A program made the translations under genes and the position numbers. A stretch of 63,973 nucleotides of DNA, counting the filler. It is 12 parts of 12 records of this genome, joined end to end, with 100 filler letters (N's around TTAATTAATTAA, not from the genome) between each part and the next. Parts side by side here need not be neighbours in the genome. Positions count along the whole stretch, not along the records: positions 4,880 to 10,942 come from SRR15195285_2180; positions 11,043 to 16,918 come from SRR15195285_2184; positions 17,019 to 22,914 come from SRR15195285_2191; 9 more parts are not named here. One strand, 5' to 3'. The notes below the pieces were generated by a model, which did not search any database, was not told the origin of the DNA, and was given only the letters and a program-made list of their open reading frames with translations. The number at the start of each line of letters is the position of its first letter. Positions within the stretch are counted from its first letter, which is position 1. Below are positions 9,365-22,914 of this stretch, piece by piece.

Positions 9365-10546
9365 CTACCTGGGCGGCTGTTCGTCCATCATCATCTGCAC
9401 AGCCGGTCTCCACACGCGCACCCGGGCGTTGATAAACCACTGGTTGATCTGCTTCATCTCTAAACCTGTCGATTGGACAAGAGCCAGCTTCTGAGACTTG
9501 GTTGGATATGGATTTGCGAAGTTCTCCTGCAGCCACGTGTTGAGCGTGTCCACTGCTGAATCCGGTAGCTTTTCCTTTTTCTTCTGTTGTTCCTTGTACT
9601 TGGCAAGAAGCTGCGTGGAGTCACGCCGGTAGCCCTGCAAAGCGCCATCGATCGTATGTACGCACTCCAGGGAGAGAGTAGAAAGCTTCGCTTCAATATG
9701 GGCTTCCGCAGCGACGACCTGGCCACGACAGCGGGCCACATCTGGCCCACTCCCAAGTAGCGAAGTGCGTTCTTGTAGCAGCAGCTGCTGCTGCGCTACT
9801 GCTTCCGAATAGCCTCGCAGATACTGGTCCAGGCGTGTGCTGTAGTCTCGCAAGACAAGATCCAGCTGCATCTCCAACTGTTTGGTGGCGGCGTGGCTCC
9901 CCCCACGCAACTGCTTGGTGTCCGCACTAAACTTGGCCTGCCGTTCAATTTCTTTTCGGATTGCGCACATGCGCTCGTGGATTTGCTGTCCCGTGGGCAC
10001 GGGCGTCGGCTTTTGAATCTGCGGGTATGCTGACGGCCTCACCTGGCAGTGGGCCCAAAATCCTGATGCGGTCGCAGCTGCGACCTGGATTGCGGGGGTT
10101 GCTGTTGCCGTTGCAGTTGGTTGCGGGTGAAATTGCAGAGGGTCGGCTGGAGGGTGACCCTTTGGAAGAAGGTTCGGTGGTGCTGTTGTGGGCATAACAG
10201 GCGGCAGATGTTCGCATCTGCTCAAAGCGCATGCGTCTGGTGGTATGCCCGCCGCAGCGGCGCAGCTATCTTTCGGCAAAAGGCAATATGCTGGGTGTTC
10301 CGGCACTTGCCCGCCAAGAGCGGCCGCCGTGCCTTCGCCAACTTGCAGATCGAAACTCATCGACATGGAAGGCAAACCGCTGAGCGAGCCCATAGACGGC
10401 ATGCTGTCCACGCTGTAGGCATCAGGCCAGCAGTTTAACTCACCCGGGCCAAACGCCAGCGCAAGAAATTCAGTGCAGGCTTCCTCCCCCGCCGCACCAC
10501 CGCACGTGGTGCCTGCAGGGCAAGTCTGCTGTGCAGGTGCATCCAT
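9365..10546 (-). CDS. TALE-class homeodomain transcription factor
   Basis: LNTWLQENFANPYPT...QINQWFINARVR, with the TALE PYP loop and WFIN helix 3. Confidence 0.9.
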   Translation of the reverse strand: MDAPAQQTCPAGTTCGGAAGEEACTEFLALAFGPGELNCWPDAYSVDSMPSMGSLSGLPSMSMSFDLQVGEGTAAALGGQVPEHPAYCLLPKDSCAAAAGIPPDACALSRCEHLPPVMPTTAPPNLLPKGHPPADPLQFHPQPTATATATPAIQVAAATASGFWAHCQVRPSAYPQIQKPTPVPTGQQIHERMCAIRKEIERQAKFSADTKQLRGGSHAATKQLEMQLDLVLRDYSTRLDQYLRGYSEAVAQQQLLLQERTSLLGSGPDVARCRGQVVAAEAHIEAKLSTLSLECVHTIDGALQGYRRDSTQLLAKYKEQQKKKEKLPDSAVDTLNTWLQENFANPYPTKSQKLALVQSTGLEMKQINQWFINARVRVWRPAVQMMMDEQPPR

Positions 10547-11723
10547 GCAATCTCTTCTGCTGGTAGCTGCAAGAGATCCACGGCGGAGATCACGTCACGT
10601 CCACTTGATGCTACTACCCGCCCCCGGTTACGTTGTGGCGCTGCAGCTGGTTGTGTTGGACGGTGCGTCGTTTTCTCGTCGATCAGGGTGCCCATTTGGC
10701 GAACTGGAGCACGCAGCTAGCGCTGCACTGAAGCCTATGAAGGCTGTCGCGACCTTTCGACTCGGTCCGTCCGGCGTCCGTCGCGTCCCGCCGCGCGGCG
10801 CGCCGGCGCGCTCGCTTCGCCCTTGCCATGCAGCCGCATGCGGCATGTTCACCGCCGGCGGGCCGCTCCAGCCGGTGCATGATCACCATCTTCGATGAGT
10901 CGACCCTTCCCCTCAACGCGCCGGAGTGAATTGATTCGTAAANNNNNNNNNNNNNNNNNNNNNNNNNNNNNNNNNNNNNNNNNNNNTTAATTAATTAANN
11001 NNNNNNNNNNNNNNNNNNNNNNNNNNNNNNNNNNNNNNNNNNGGGTGCGAGCCCGCCGGTAGCGTAGGTGGGCTAGCCTAGACAAGATGCACGAGCAATG
11101 CCGCAACCGATGGCACGTCTCGATTCTCCCGCTGGGTATCAGCTACATCGTACATGTATCTCAGTCTAGTCTGCGTCAGAATTCAATCCCCGGAGCAGCA
11201 GAGTCGAACAAATTCGGATACTCTCGATCAGAGAGAGTATCCCCTTGGTCGAACATCTTCTGACGGATTCGCGGTACAACGGTCGGAATTCGTACAAGGC
11301 TTTTTCAGTGTCAGTGGCCGGAGTAGGTAGCCGAAGAAGAGGTTGTAAAGAAGGCGAAGGCCAAAGGTGGCACGAATAGACGAAACAAGAACGGGGTCAA
11401 GCGCAAAGGGGTCAAGCGCATGTTTTCAAATCGAAAAGACATGCTGCGAGCGACGAAGCACAGACGCTGTTGTAGCAAAGATGCATTCATATATCAAATC
11501 CACGTGGGGTGCAGTTGCTGCGGCAGCAGTGTGCTGAAAACTGTGATGAAAAGCCTTGAATCATCAGTCCACCTGGGTTTAGTTCCGGCAAACGCATTCG
11601 CAGATGCAACTGTTTAGTGCCGCCAAATGCATTCGTAACTATTAATGGCTGCACACCACAATGTTCTCTAAGCCAGACTCGTAGCCATTGTAGAATTTAG
11701 AAACCAGCCAATCGCATGTGTCG

Positions 11724-14700
11724 TCAGGGCCCCCCATGATCCCCTTCAAGTATTGACTGATAATGGCTCAGCTGAGACAGCTGCGCAGATGCTCCACCAT
11801 GGCGTGCCGCCCATGCTGCAGGTGGGGCACCACCATGTATGCTTAGTGGCGTCGAGGCTGCCGCATAGCCTTGCGTACGCCGCTCTCGTCGAGCTGCCAA
11901 CCGACCAGCCATCGTCGGCAAAGGTGTTGCGGCTGCTGCTTGAATCTCCCCGTGTTCCTGATATTCACATACAGCGTAGCGTTGGCGTCAGGGCTAGCCT
12001 AGACAAGATGCGCGAACAACTAACGACTGCAAGTCAAGTACGTGGCTCGTACGAGCAAACCTCTGTCACCCCACAGTGCCGCAGCAATTGATCTCTGCAG
12101 TACATCACAGCACAGTACAGAGCACCAAAAACCGCTTGCAGTTTGAGACGACGTGATGCCTTAGTAGCATGCAAGGTTGCAACAGCTCACCTCGTTCGCC
12201 CGCTGCATCGACAGGGTTGGTGGTCGCAGCTGTGCAGCCCGGCCCGGGTTGAGCAATGCCGCCTTGGCTGTCTTAAACTCTTCAGCAGAAATGATTGCGT
12301 CATCCTGTAGCTGGGCTAGTGCCCGGATTTCAGTAGCGATGCCTCCAGGGCGCTCCTCGCCACTTCCCGTGCGTGGCGATGATGGTGGAGGCATGGACTG
12401 CGTTGCTGCTGCTGGCGCAGGTTGAGGCGAAGCCATGTGTTGCTGCTGCTGCTGCTGCTGCTGAAATTGATGCGGGGATGACATCGTAGCCGGTGCAACC
12501 CACATACCTCTAGATCCCAGTGGTGAGCCGGCAATTTGCGCGGCTGCCATTGTCTGGGCGTCTGCAACCGCGGCAAGTTGTTGCTGACGCTGCTCTTGTT
12601 GGAGCTGTTCCAACTCAACCCGTAGCGAACTCACGCGGGATTGTGCGCGATCGGCCTCATCTTTCGCGGCACGTGCGGCTGATCTTTCGGCATCCAATTC
12701 ACTCTGGGCTGTCCGTAGCTTGTCCTGCAGGGCAGAAATGTCAGAGGACGTGCGTTCCTCAACAGCAGATAACTCCTTCCGGTGTCGAGCAGCGGCAGCA
12801 GTTGCTTCTTCTTCTGCATCAGACGATGCAAGGCGTAGTCGTCGCAGTTCGCGGCGGTCAGCCTCACTTGCATCCTCTAGAGCTTCCTTGTCGTCCCGTA
12901 TGCTAGCCAGCTCTGCTTTCATCTTCACCAAACTGCGGGCAGATTCCTCTGCCACTGAGCTGATTTGCTCCAACTCGTCTCGTGCGGTCCGTTCTTTTGA
13001 CGTGCTCGCTGCCAGAGCACTTTGTGCCTCTGCTAGCTGTCCTTGCACGTCAGCAAGTCGAGACTCAACCATCGCAGAGGAACTCTTTGTGCTGGCTGCG
13101 GTAGCCTCCAACTCACTTGCTTGGGTACGAAGCTGTCGAACCTCTGCTTCACTCGTGCTGAGCTGTCTGGCTGTCTCTTCCACTTGTGACTCGGCTCGTG
13201 CAAGTTGCTGACGCATAGTGCTGGCCTCAGAGCGTGCGAGCATCAAGTCTTGCTGCATCGAGGCCTTGCCCCTGGCCTCTGCGGCATCAACCTGTGCAGC
13301 CAGCTGCATAGACATCTGTGCTGACTCGGCGGAGGCAGAATCGCGTGCAAGCTTTTCTGCCTCGACCACTCGACGCTGCGCGTCAGCAAGCTTGACCTCG
13401 TACTCGTCTCTAAGATGGCTACAACGAGCGTCTGCCTGCTCTTCCACCTGGTTGCGAGCTGCTTGTTCAGCATGGCGGGTGGCTTCTCTCAACCCCTTTT
13501 CAGCAGCGGCACTTTTTGTAGCCTCCTCCTCCATGAGTTTTGCGACACGACGTGCGCTTGAAGCTTCCAAGTCTGCCATCTCGCGCCGGAGCCTCGCGCT
13601 CTCGGCCACTGCATCGTCACATTGTTCCTGGATCGCTCGAAGTTTGCTGCTATGATCTTCTTCCCTCGCAGCTGCTGCTTGTCTGCCACTTCGAGTGACA
13701 TCGTCGCAGCGTGCCTCCGCGGCACGACGCGCCTCCACAGCCTGCGCGAGGTCTTGTCGTACGTCTGCAATCTCTCGCTGTAGCTCAGTGCTCCGACGTT
13801 CTAGTGTACCCTTGGCGCCTTCCAACGTAAGTTTGGCTCGCTGCTCTGCCGATAGATCCTCCTCGACCTGAATGAGCCTCTCTTCAAGAGTTGATTTCGC
13901 ACGCTCTACGTCCGCGATGCGGCTCTCTAGATTCAATTTGGCGCGCTGCTCAGCAGTTAGGTCAGCGGTCGCCCGCGCTCTCTCCGCAGTGTGAGCGCGC
14001 TTGGCATCAGCCAACTCTGATGATGCTCGGTCCAGCTCGCCTCGTTGCGATCGCATCTCCTCACGTAGTTGCGACACTTGTTGCTCAAGCTCCGAACTTG
14101 AGGCATGGGCATTGGACCGCAGCTGCGCGATGTCTTCAGCGTGCTGTTTCACTGATTCCTGTGCGTCCGCCTTAAGCTTTCGCTCTGCCTGGAGCTCAGC
14201 AGTAAGCCTGGTTGAGTCCGAACGAGCGTCTCCGAGCTGCTGCTGTAGCTCAGTCACCTTTTCCTCAGAGTGTGTCGCTCGCTCGACTGCAGCTTCGAGT
14301 TCAGCGCGTTCTCTGTTTCTAGTTGACGACAGCATCTCTGTGTGATCTTTCATCGCTTGACAAATGGGCCCAGTGCGTCCAATTTGAAATTCAAACACAC
14401 TATCGTCTGCACAGGTGATGCTCAGAGAGCTGTTAGGTTTCTCGGACCAAGATTTGATGTCGCTCCATTGAAATTGTCTGACCATTCGTCTCCCAGCAGC
14501 GTCAAACAGCTGCAAGCCTGGCTGCTGAGATTCCAGTTGGTACTCTAGACCGTTCAGGATTACTCGTTCCCCATTTGGCCTTATAGTGTTTGCAATATCG
14601 GTGGAGCTCACTGAGGTGGCTGATTTCTCGCTTGGCGCAGGCTCAGGGGATGCGGCAACCTTGAAAGCGGCCATTCCCGCGCTGCTTTGCTGTACAGACA

Positions 14701-16444
14701 TTCGTCGAGTCCGGAGGCGTGCCACGGCTGCATCAACTTCTGCAGATCCCCGCCTTGCGCTCCCGCCCATCTTCTGTTCCGGAATGGGAGACGGAAATCC
14801 CATCTCTGTGGACATTTTTCGCCTGCCTGCAGTACTGCTTCCATGCTCGGACCCATCGCTGCTCACTGAGCCTCTCCGGCTAAAGGACGGCGATGGCCCG
14901 GATGGATTGTTGGCGGGGTCAAGTAGGTCCTTGAACTGCGAGATCGAGAGCCTACACAGATGCCATGCTGTCAGGAAGGCTATCGACTAATCAAACAGAG
15001 TCCTTACAAGCAGCTGGAACGGCAGTTTAGACTGCTCATTTCATCTGAGGCGCAAAAGACCTGCACATTGATGATTGTGTATGCCGTACCTGCGACGCGA
15101 TCCACCCCCTCTGGCATCTGCTGGATGTGTCACTCCTTCACTCCCTCCTGCCGATGGCACGAACCAGCATTAAACTCTGAGTTAGAGATCCAAACTTTGA
15201 AATGGGGATGTGTTGAAGTGTGGCGCCAGAACGAATCAGTGAATCATAAGAATGATAGGTCAACTAGCCATGCACCAGCAGCAAACACGCACGGCGATCT
15301 CCGCTGCCCAGCATCATCGCTCTCGTCGCGGCTGCCGCAGCAGCAGCTGGGTCTTCTGCGGTAGATTTGCCATCAGTCATCAGGTCCTTGAACTGAGCGA
15401 TGGACAAACGTCGGCGGCCGCCGCCCGGAGGCCCACCTGTGCCACAAACGAGCGGTCGGTCCGTCAGCATGCGTACAGTGCAACCACCGCGGGTCAAAAT
15501 GAAGCAGCGTGCACGTGGGCACCTCCGGTGCCTATAGGTGAATCTGCTCCTTGATCGCTCCTGTCTTCGGAATCCGCCAACGACAGCGAATCACTATTGA
15601 TGTTTCGCGTTGGGCGTTCCGGCTTCCGCCTGGTCTGTGGCGGTGACGCCGACCCAGGTGCCAATTCTTCCGCCTGGACAGCAGACGCCTGTCTATTTTG
15701 CTTCCACTCTTCCCGTTTTTCACTAAGTGACTGTGCTGGAGCTGCATCCTCAGGATTGTCGCCGGGTCCATTCTCAGAGTCAACCGACTTCAGCATGGGA
15801 TTCGCTGGGGCCACCGCCTCAGCCTTTTCGGCAGTCCTCTGGCGCGTCAGCTTCCACTCTGCCCTCCGCTCGGCGGGAGTCATCGGCACATTCACAGGCT
15901 CCTCATCCTCATCCTCTTCCTCTTCCTCTTCCTCTCCCTCTAGCTCTAGCTCCAAGGCTGAGCCAGAATTTTTCTTTGCAGCCCGCCGAGCCCTAGCCTC
16001 GTCTGCCGCTCGTTGCTGGTCATTTTTCCCATCCCACAACGCAGCTGCTTCAACCGGTGCGGCGGCGTTGGCAGCACCCGGCGGCGGCTCGCTCTCCTCG
16101 CTGACCCCTCCTGCGGCTGCCTTCTCTGCCCGTGCGTCCGTATTCGCTGACTCTGCGGTGGCGGCAGGCAATGCCTCGGTTGCGATTGGCGGCGCAGCTC
16201 GACGAGCTCGGGCCTGCACGTCGGCTGCTGCGGGGGGCGAAGAAGACTCTGGCACCTCAATCACGTCGACAAAGTTGCCCGGGAAGATCCCTTCGGTGCC
16301 GTCGATATTGCCCGTGTACCAGCCGCCGCCCGGTATGCTCTCCGAGACAAGCTCAAACTCCTGCCCCGCCGTGAAGTGCAGGTCATCTTTCGACGCACCG
16401 GCCGCCTCGTCCCACGCGTGCAATGCCCTCGCGCGCCGCACCAT
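11724..16444 (-). CDS. Multi-exon SH3 + PH/FERM-C-like + long coiled coil + SHOCT protein (3' exons uncertain)
   Basis: N-terminal SH3 ALHAW...DLHFTAG...GWYTG...GIFPGNFV. GT-AG introns plausibly link it through small exons (repeated RRLSI(A/S)QFKDL) to ORF 12161-14866, which has the coiled coil and EIRALAQLQDDAIISAEEFKTAKAALL. Confidence 0.7.
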
Positions 16445-16840
16445 CGCCTACCGCGCTCACCACACCATCGCCAGTTTGGCCCGTCACAACGCAACGTGCT
16501 GCGCCCCCCGCAGTGTCAGTGGTGTATGGTGGGCCTCCTGCTGCCGCCAGTCGATCCGTCCCGTCACTCTCCCGCTCTCTGCAGCGTCGGATCGCTACAC
16601 ACAGAGAGAGCTGACCAGTCCACCCACGGCGCCACTGGACGGGACGGCTCACCGCACACCAGTTGATCCGCCCCGTGTACACTCTCTGCAGCGCCACACC
16701 ACGTGTATGAGACGCTACGGCCGAACAGCGCAAATCGTCGTTGTGTCAGAGAGAGAGCGCGCGCGCGAGAGAGAGCGATAGAAAACAGGGCGTTCAGGTC
16801 ACTCACGTCTCCACTGCACGGAACGCGCCGCCACAGCCAC

Positions 16841-16918
16841 AGAGACAGACAGAGACACGCAGAGACAGACAGACACAGACAGACACACACAGACACAGAG
16901 ACACAGAGACACACAGAG
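16841..16918 (+). repeat. AGAC/ACAG-type microsatellite at contig end
   Basis: agagacagacagagacac... low-complexity run up to the linker. Confidence 0.85.
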
Positions 16919-17528
16919 NNNNNNNNNNNNNNNNNNNNNNNNNNNNNNNNNNNNNNNNNNNNTTAATTAATTAANNNNNNNNNNNNNNNNNNNNNNNNNN
17001 NNNNNNNNNNNNNNNNNNATCTCATCAGCGCTGTCTGAACCAGATATATCTGTAATTTTGACAGCTTCTTGGTTCGCTCTGCCTCGGTGGCATTTCTTCA
17101 TCATCAAGACAAGCTCATGTGGAGATCATTGCAACAATGCCTTCAGGTCCAACCTATCAGGTCTTCCACCCCCTCCAAAACCCGCTGCCAATCCCAGATG
17201 GTCAGCCCTGCCCCGGTGAGTATGGCCTGCACAACCAGCACCGTGACTTTTCATCTGTCAGCAGCAGCAATGATGTGTTCTACTACAACAACATAATGCC
17301 ACACTGGAGTGCACATACCGAGATGACGGTGCCTTGAAGGGCGGACGAGAGTCGCACGCGAATGCAGCAAAAGCAGCAGTAGTCGCAGCAACAGCAAAAG
17401 AGTCGAGGCAGATGGTAGTGTGGTCTGGTATCTTCCATGGTGGGCCCCTTGCCGTCACTCTCTCGTTCGTCGCTCTGCACGCCAGACACGCACCAATGCA
17501 TCGTGTACGTAAGGTCACAAGACCAGCG

Positions 17529-20500
17529 TTACCAATAGCAACACCGGAGTTGGCGCACCATCATTTCAATGATTGAGTCCAGCAAGCTGATGCACCGTTG
17601 AGCGGCCTCCGTCTCCTCAGTCAGAAGCTGCTGTTCTGGTTCCTCTTGTTTGTCGAAGTACAGCGCATGTTCGTGCCGACGCTCATGATACCCGCGAGTA
17701 GCTTTGGCCACTTGCGTGTGACTTGCACGTTTCGCGGGATCATCATGATCTTCGGGGGGTACCGCACCACCCGCACGGGTATCTTCTACATCTGGAGTGC
17801 CAGGTAATCCCAATGGTTCTCGGGTCTCTACAACCTCCACAGGATCTCCGATTTGCGATGCAGGGTTCGCAGGATCATCACGATCTCCGAAATCAAGGGT
17901 CCTCCTCGGCCTGAGTTTGCTCCAAGTCCGGTGTACTATCGCTCCCTCCTCCAAATCGTGTCTATGAGTATCAGCAATCACCCTCACCACTTGCAGTGGA
18001 CGTACCTCCCACTCATCTTTGTGCTTGTGGTACTGAATTTGAAGAGACTTAGCTGTTCTGTGCTCAAACTCCCGCGCCTTCTCTTCCCAATCGGACGGGC
18101 CATACCTCTGCACAAGACCTTTGAGTTTGTGCAAATTATCCTCATCCTCAATCTCACCGTCACCGTCATCATCACCGTCATCGTGGATGCCCACCAAACG
18201 GTTCCAGTCTTTCTTCGAGAGCTCTTCGCCTGGCTCGTCCGGCAGAACACGCACCACGATCTCTTGTCCCTCATATAGCATGACTCTGAGTCGCCGAAAC
18301 AGAGGCTTTTTTTCTTGTTCTTTCTTTGTCAACGTTCTTCCTTTCTTTATTGCCTGTGCACGCCTTGCTTGTGGACTGTTCGGTTTTGGATATCTTTCGT
18401 ATACGCGCTCTTCGCCGCTTTCATCGACGATAGACAGGCCGAGATGCACAGTTGAGCATCCCTGCGCACGGCAAACACAGGTAATCTGGACGCCTACGAG
18501 TACACGGTGTGCGCAAAATGGTGCACAAGATGCGTGGTTGCGAAAGTTTAGCCACGTACCGCAACCCGAGCCACTATCTCGTGTAATTTGTGCTCGATAA
18601 GGTAATTTCGAAAACCAATTGTGCGATCATCTTCCTGGTCAATTTTGCACCAAACCTCTAACTCCACTGCGGAAGAGTACATGAGCGACCTAGCCGTGGG
18701 CAGGCCTGCGATCTGCAGATCAGCTTTCTTCAGCACCAACAAGTGAGGCAGCTCGTATTCGTAGAGATGGCAGGCCTTGCCACCCTTCCAAACAATTCCA
18801 AAAGCCAAGCCTGAGCCCAGCAGTTGAAGCATCAATGTTTTGATATTCACGGAAGTCAGGGCAGGGCTGGGGATCACATCTTCGTAATTGAACCGGCGCG
18901 GAAAATATTCACGTGAAAGCGTCCCGATGATCGAGTGCCCCCCCCAGTCCGACGGCACAAACCACAGGTATATCTGAGCTGCAAGCACAGCAAACAGAAC
19001 TAGCAATACAAGTGCGGCTCGCTTTTGCTCCTGCTCAAAGTTCTTGCTCTCCCACGTCTGCAATACGATGCGCATGCGATTCCAGGCGACGATGTTGCCG
19101 ATCCGATCGAGATTAAATTTTGGCAGCAGGCCGAACGTGTCCCGTTGATTATGAGACTGAACTCCGTGGTGCGGCGTGAGCTCTAACAGGCACCGCACCG
19201 CAATCTCTCGCATTGAGAAACCACGCAGAACCTCTGCAAGGGCTGAGAAGGTGGTGAATGTCAGCTCGAATCCAACAAACGAGTAAAGTAGACAGACCAA
19301 CCACTCGACCTTCGTCTTTGCTTCGCAAGTCTTGAACATAAAAAACCGCGGCTCACATGAACCGCACGGCCCATTGACGCTGTGCATGAAGGTGCGGTCC
19401 TCGCAGGCATCCGTCCAGTGTGACAGAGGTGCATCAATCGTCCACTCAGCACAAGACGGCTGCTGGACACATCCACCGAAGACATCCAGGCCGAGGGCAT
19501 TCAAAGAGAACCCGATAATGGTGGGGCCAGCGAACATGCCGCAGATTGCCAGCCATCGAGTTCCCATGTTTTGCTTGAGCAGAACCCGCGAGAGCACAAC
19601 CGTCCAGATGGTAGCTGACAGGTAGATGATCGCAAACAGCGTGGGCCCTGCGATGGCGCCACCTGTATTCCAGCACGTGCCACCTTCGAGAGTAATATTC
19701 GTAGACATATTTCGCGGAACGCAGATCCATGTGCCTGATGAAGTGGACGGTGGATGCAATGTCATGTTGATAGGTGTTGTTCCGTTCGATATCTGGTGTG
19801 ATGCAGCATACTCCGTCTCAACTTGCTCATCCGTACACTACACGGCAGGCGTGGTGCAATCAGAATTGAATCATAACCAGAAAATGTAAAAACTGCCAGC
19901 GATGCTTTCAACGTACTTTTCCAAGGAGACGAACGATTTGATCTGAAAAGCCCGCAAGAGCAGCACATATTAGTACAAACAACATGACCCACTTATGTGT
20001 GCGCTTGGACTGCATTTCTGCGAATGCGACTATCGTCTCGGTGACCGTCGCGGCGTCGATCTCCACGTTCATCAAGTCGTTATTCGGCGTGCTCATTCCC
20101 TTGTCTTCTTCTTTCTTCGTGGACCACCATGGCTCTTTCTTCAGCTCACGGACTGCAGCAGTCATCCATCGTGTCATCGTAAATTACACAGCAAATTGTT
20201 AGACTGACTGAGGGCCATAGGCAACGATAACTCACCAAGCTGAACTCGAGCCCAGATTATCGATGCCTCACGCTGGACTTGCTCCTTAGTAACACTATCA
20301 AACGGTTCGAATGACGCCAACCCCATTTCATCAGATAGGTTGCGCGTGGCTTTGGTGTTCAGTGACTGATCAGCCCAATCTTGTTCTACAGCCTTCAGAG
20401 AGTCGTACATGTTATTGCATGCACAGTAAGCGCAAAACCCATCCATCGTGCCGGGAACCTTGGTTTCATCGATGAGTGTCTCGAGGGACTCTATAGACAA

Positions 20501-22780
20501 GTCTGGATCCGCGAAAAAACGATGTCTGAATGCTTGCGTTGTCATCTGTCCGCGCTCCTGTTGTATTTGCCAACGCCTTTCCACTTTGAGTACAATCGTC
20601 ACGAACGCGCGAATCAGCTTTTTCAGTTCCTGCTTGTGTTCGGCGCGCTCCTCATCAATCTTCTGCAATGGCGTGTGTACCTCTTCATCAAGTTTATTTA
20701 ACTCTTCGAACTTCGGAGCAACAGCTCTAGCATCTTTCAACCAGCCGGCCACTGCTAATTGAAGCTCGACCAATGGTTTCTTTTGCAGCTTGGCTTTGAG
20801 ATTAAGAATTCGCGCAAAGTCTAGATTGTGCACTTTGTACCGTCTTTCTTCTGATCGATCGTACAGCTGCAATTTCCCAGCGCGTGAAAGAGCGACGAGG
20901 TTGGCAAAAGAGTCCTCCGATTCCGGTTCCGGTTCTGGTTCCGGTTCCGGTTCCGGTCGCGACTCACTTCGCACTGCCTTGTACTTTTCCCTGCAACAAG
21001 TGTACGATGGCTTTGTCGCAAATATGACAACGTCCCAGTACTGCCAAGCCTTATGCAATAGCGGCAAAATCATATACACTATACCCGGGGCAATGGTGAC
21101 CGCCATGAGGAGTACGTTTGCTTTTTCTAACCATTGCCCGCTTCCTTTTTCGAAACCCGACCACATATCAACAGACCACTCCGACCACTGCTGAAAGACC
21201 CAAAGCATGAAAATAGATAGACAGATAATAGTGGCTGTATCATCAGGCCAAGCGTCTTGGATGTAGGCCGTGCGGTCGTACAACAGCTTGTACACAAAGA
21301 ATCGATCAGCGACAACGTGTGCATGCTCATGCTGTACATGCAGCTCCTCCAAACGCTTTTCTTGATCGTTCTGTTCGCGTGAAGTGTCAGCCCATCGTTG
21401 CAGCAACGAATTCCGACTAGCCCAAACGTCATGCCCCATGCCGCGCTCTCCTTTGCCGAATTGTATATTTTCAAGCTCCAGTGTATGTCGCCTTACAAGG
21501 CTCACTGACTTCCGCACAAAATCGGGGACAACGCTGCAGTGTGATGGATTGTGTTCAGGGCACCATCCACTCGGCAATGCACCCTGGAGTCGCACGATAG
21601 TATAGTCAAAGTGGTTCGGATTTGTGATCATTCCACTGCATGTGTGCCGTAGATATTCCTCAAGATCATCGGTATGGAGTATGTCAAAGACCGCCTCACG
21701 GATGTGAAACCTCCGCAAATCGGATTTCCGCTTTGCATCTTGCTGGTCGTCATGTCCATTGTAGTGTGTGCTTAAGGCATCGCAACAACGATTCAATTCG
21801 CGCGCGATCATGTTTCCGGCCTCAATCTCGGCGTCCCTCGCGCCTCCTGAATGCCTGTACCGAACCGTATCTAAGAACTGACCCGGGTTTCTCGAGCCAG
21901 CCACCTCACGCCAGCTGTGGACTAAAGCCACGAATGTCCACATCAATGTGTTGATCACCACTTCACTTTTGTCCATAGATGGCAGGTATCCGCACCAAAA
22001 CAAAAAGTCTCCGCCAAAAATGCCAATTTGACGACATAACAAGACGATGCGTCGCTCACTCAAAACCTTAGGTGGGAGTCTGAAGCGACGCAACGTGCTT
22101 CTGTCGACGACCCAGTCACACCACATGAGCTGAGGTACCGCATGGAAGGCGAGCTGGATCACGAACAACTTGAGCCATTCGCAGCCAAGATCAGTGCGCC
22201 GCCATGCGCGCCACATTCGCTTGATCGCACCACCATCGTCACACCATTTCGCAATGTTGCCGCCGCACCTCCAAGATCCCCATCCACGCGAAAACTTCTC
22301 GCAACATGTTTGACGTCCCTGTTCCTTCCAAAAGTCCTCCTCCAAATCCTGTATAGTTGTGATCATCAAGTCACCGATACTGCTTTCACTGTTGGTCCTT
22401 GCTACGTGGGGACGAGCGCACTTGCCCAGAAGTTTAAACTTGCAGTGTTCTCCCCGAAGCTTTAGTTTCTCAAGTGCTTCCTGCTCATCGTTTCTGAAAA
22501 TCGGCCAAGTCACCTCGTCCTGATCTCCAATCAACTGCAATCTATGTTTCTCTGCGTTTGAAAGTTTTTCGAGCACCTTTCTGGCTTTCCCGATGTCAAA
22601 TTTTTTCATGCCCAAACCTTGGCACAGCTCCTCGATACTTCGTTTGCTCACCTCAGTCAACCCCAAATACTTTGGGACCCCAATGTCACGTTCTTGTGCC
22701 GGCTCGTCAGTAAACGAAACACGGGGGCTGGGCATCGGTACACTCTCCAGCGCTGGTCGAGAATGCGTTGAATCAATCAT
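17529..22780 (-). CDS. Large polytopic membrane protein, probably 4 exons (about 1,650 aa), with a Myb/SANT-like repeat near the C-terminus
   Basis: ORFs 20174-22810, 19908-20177, 18548-19765 and 17529-18449 can be joined by phase-consistent GT-AG introns. Many hydrophobic segments and an EPEPEP tract. Myb-like LKGLVQRYGPSDWEEKAREFEHRTAKSLQIQY. Confidence 0.55.
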
Positions 22781-22820
22781 CTCCCCCTCTAGCTCCCTGT
22801 CTGGCGTCAAAGGGTCTTTT

Positions 22821-22914
22821 GTATAGGGATACTCTATACCTGTATAGGGATACTCTATACCTGGCTCTGGCTTTGGCTTTGGCCCTAGCTCTGGCTCTGG
22901 CTCTGGCTCTAGCT
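22821..22914 (+). repeat. Tandem 21-bp hairpin unit (x2) followed by (CTGGCT)n
   Basis: GTATAGGGATACTCTATACCT twice, then degenerate hexamer repeats to the contig end. Confidence 0.8.

Noticed and set aside
15597-16781. 394-aa plus-strand ORF
   Set aside because: It is the Ser/Ala-rich antisense of the SH3 exon.
20920-20958. EPEPEP-coding hexamer repeats (also about 6965-6998)
   Set aside because: In-frame low-complexity linkers, not separate elements, and too weak to assign taxonomy.
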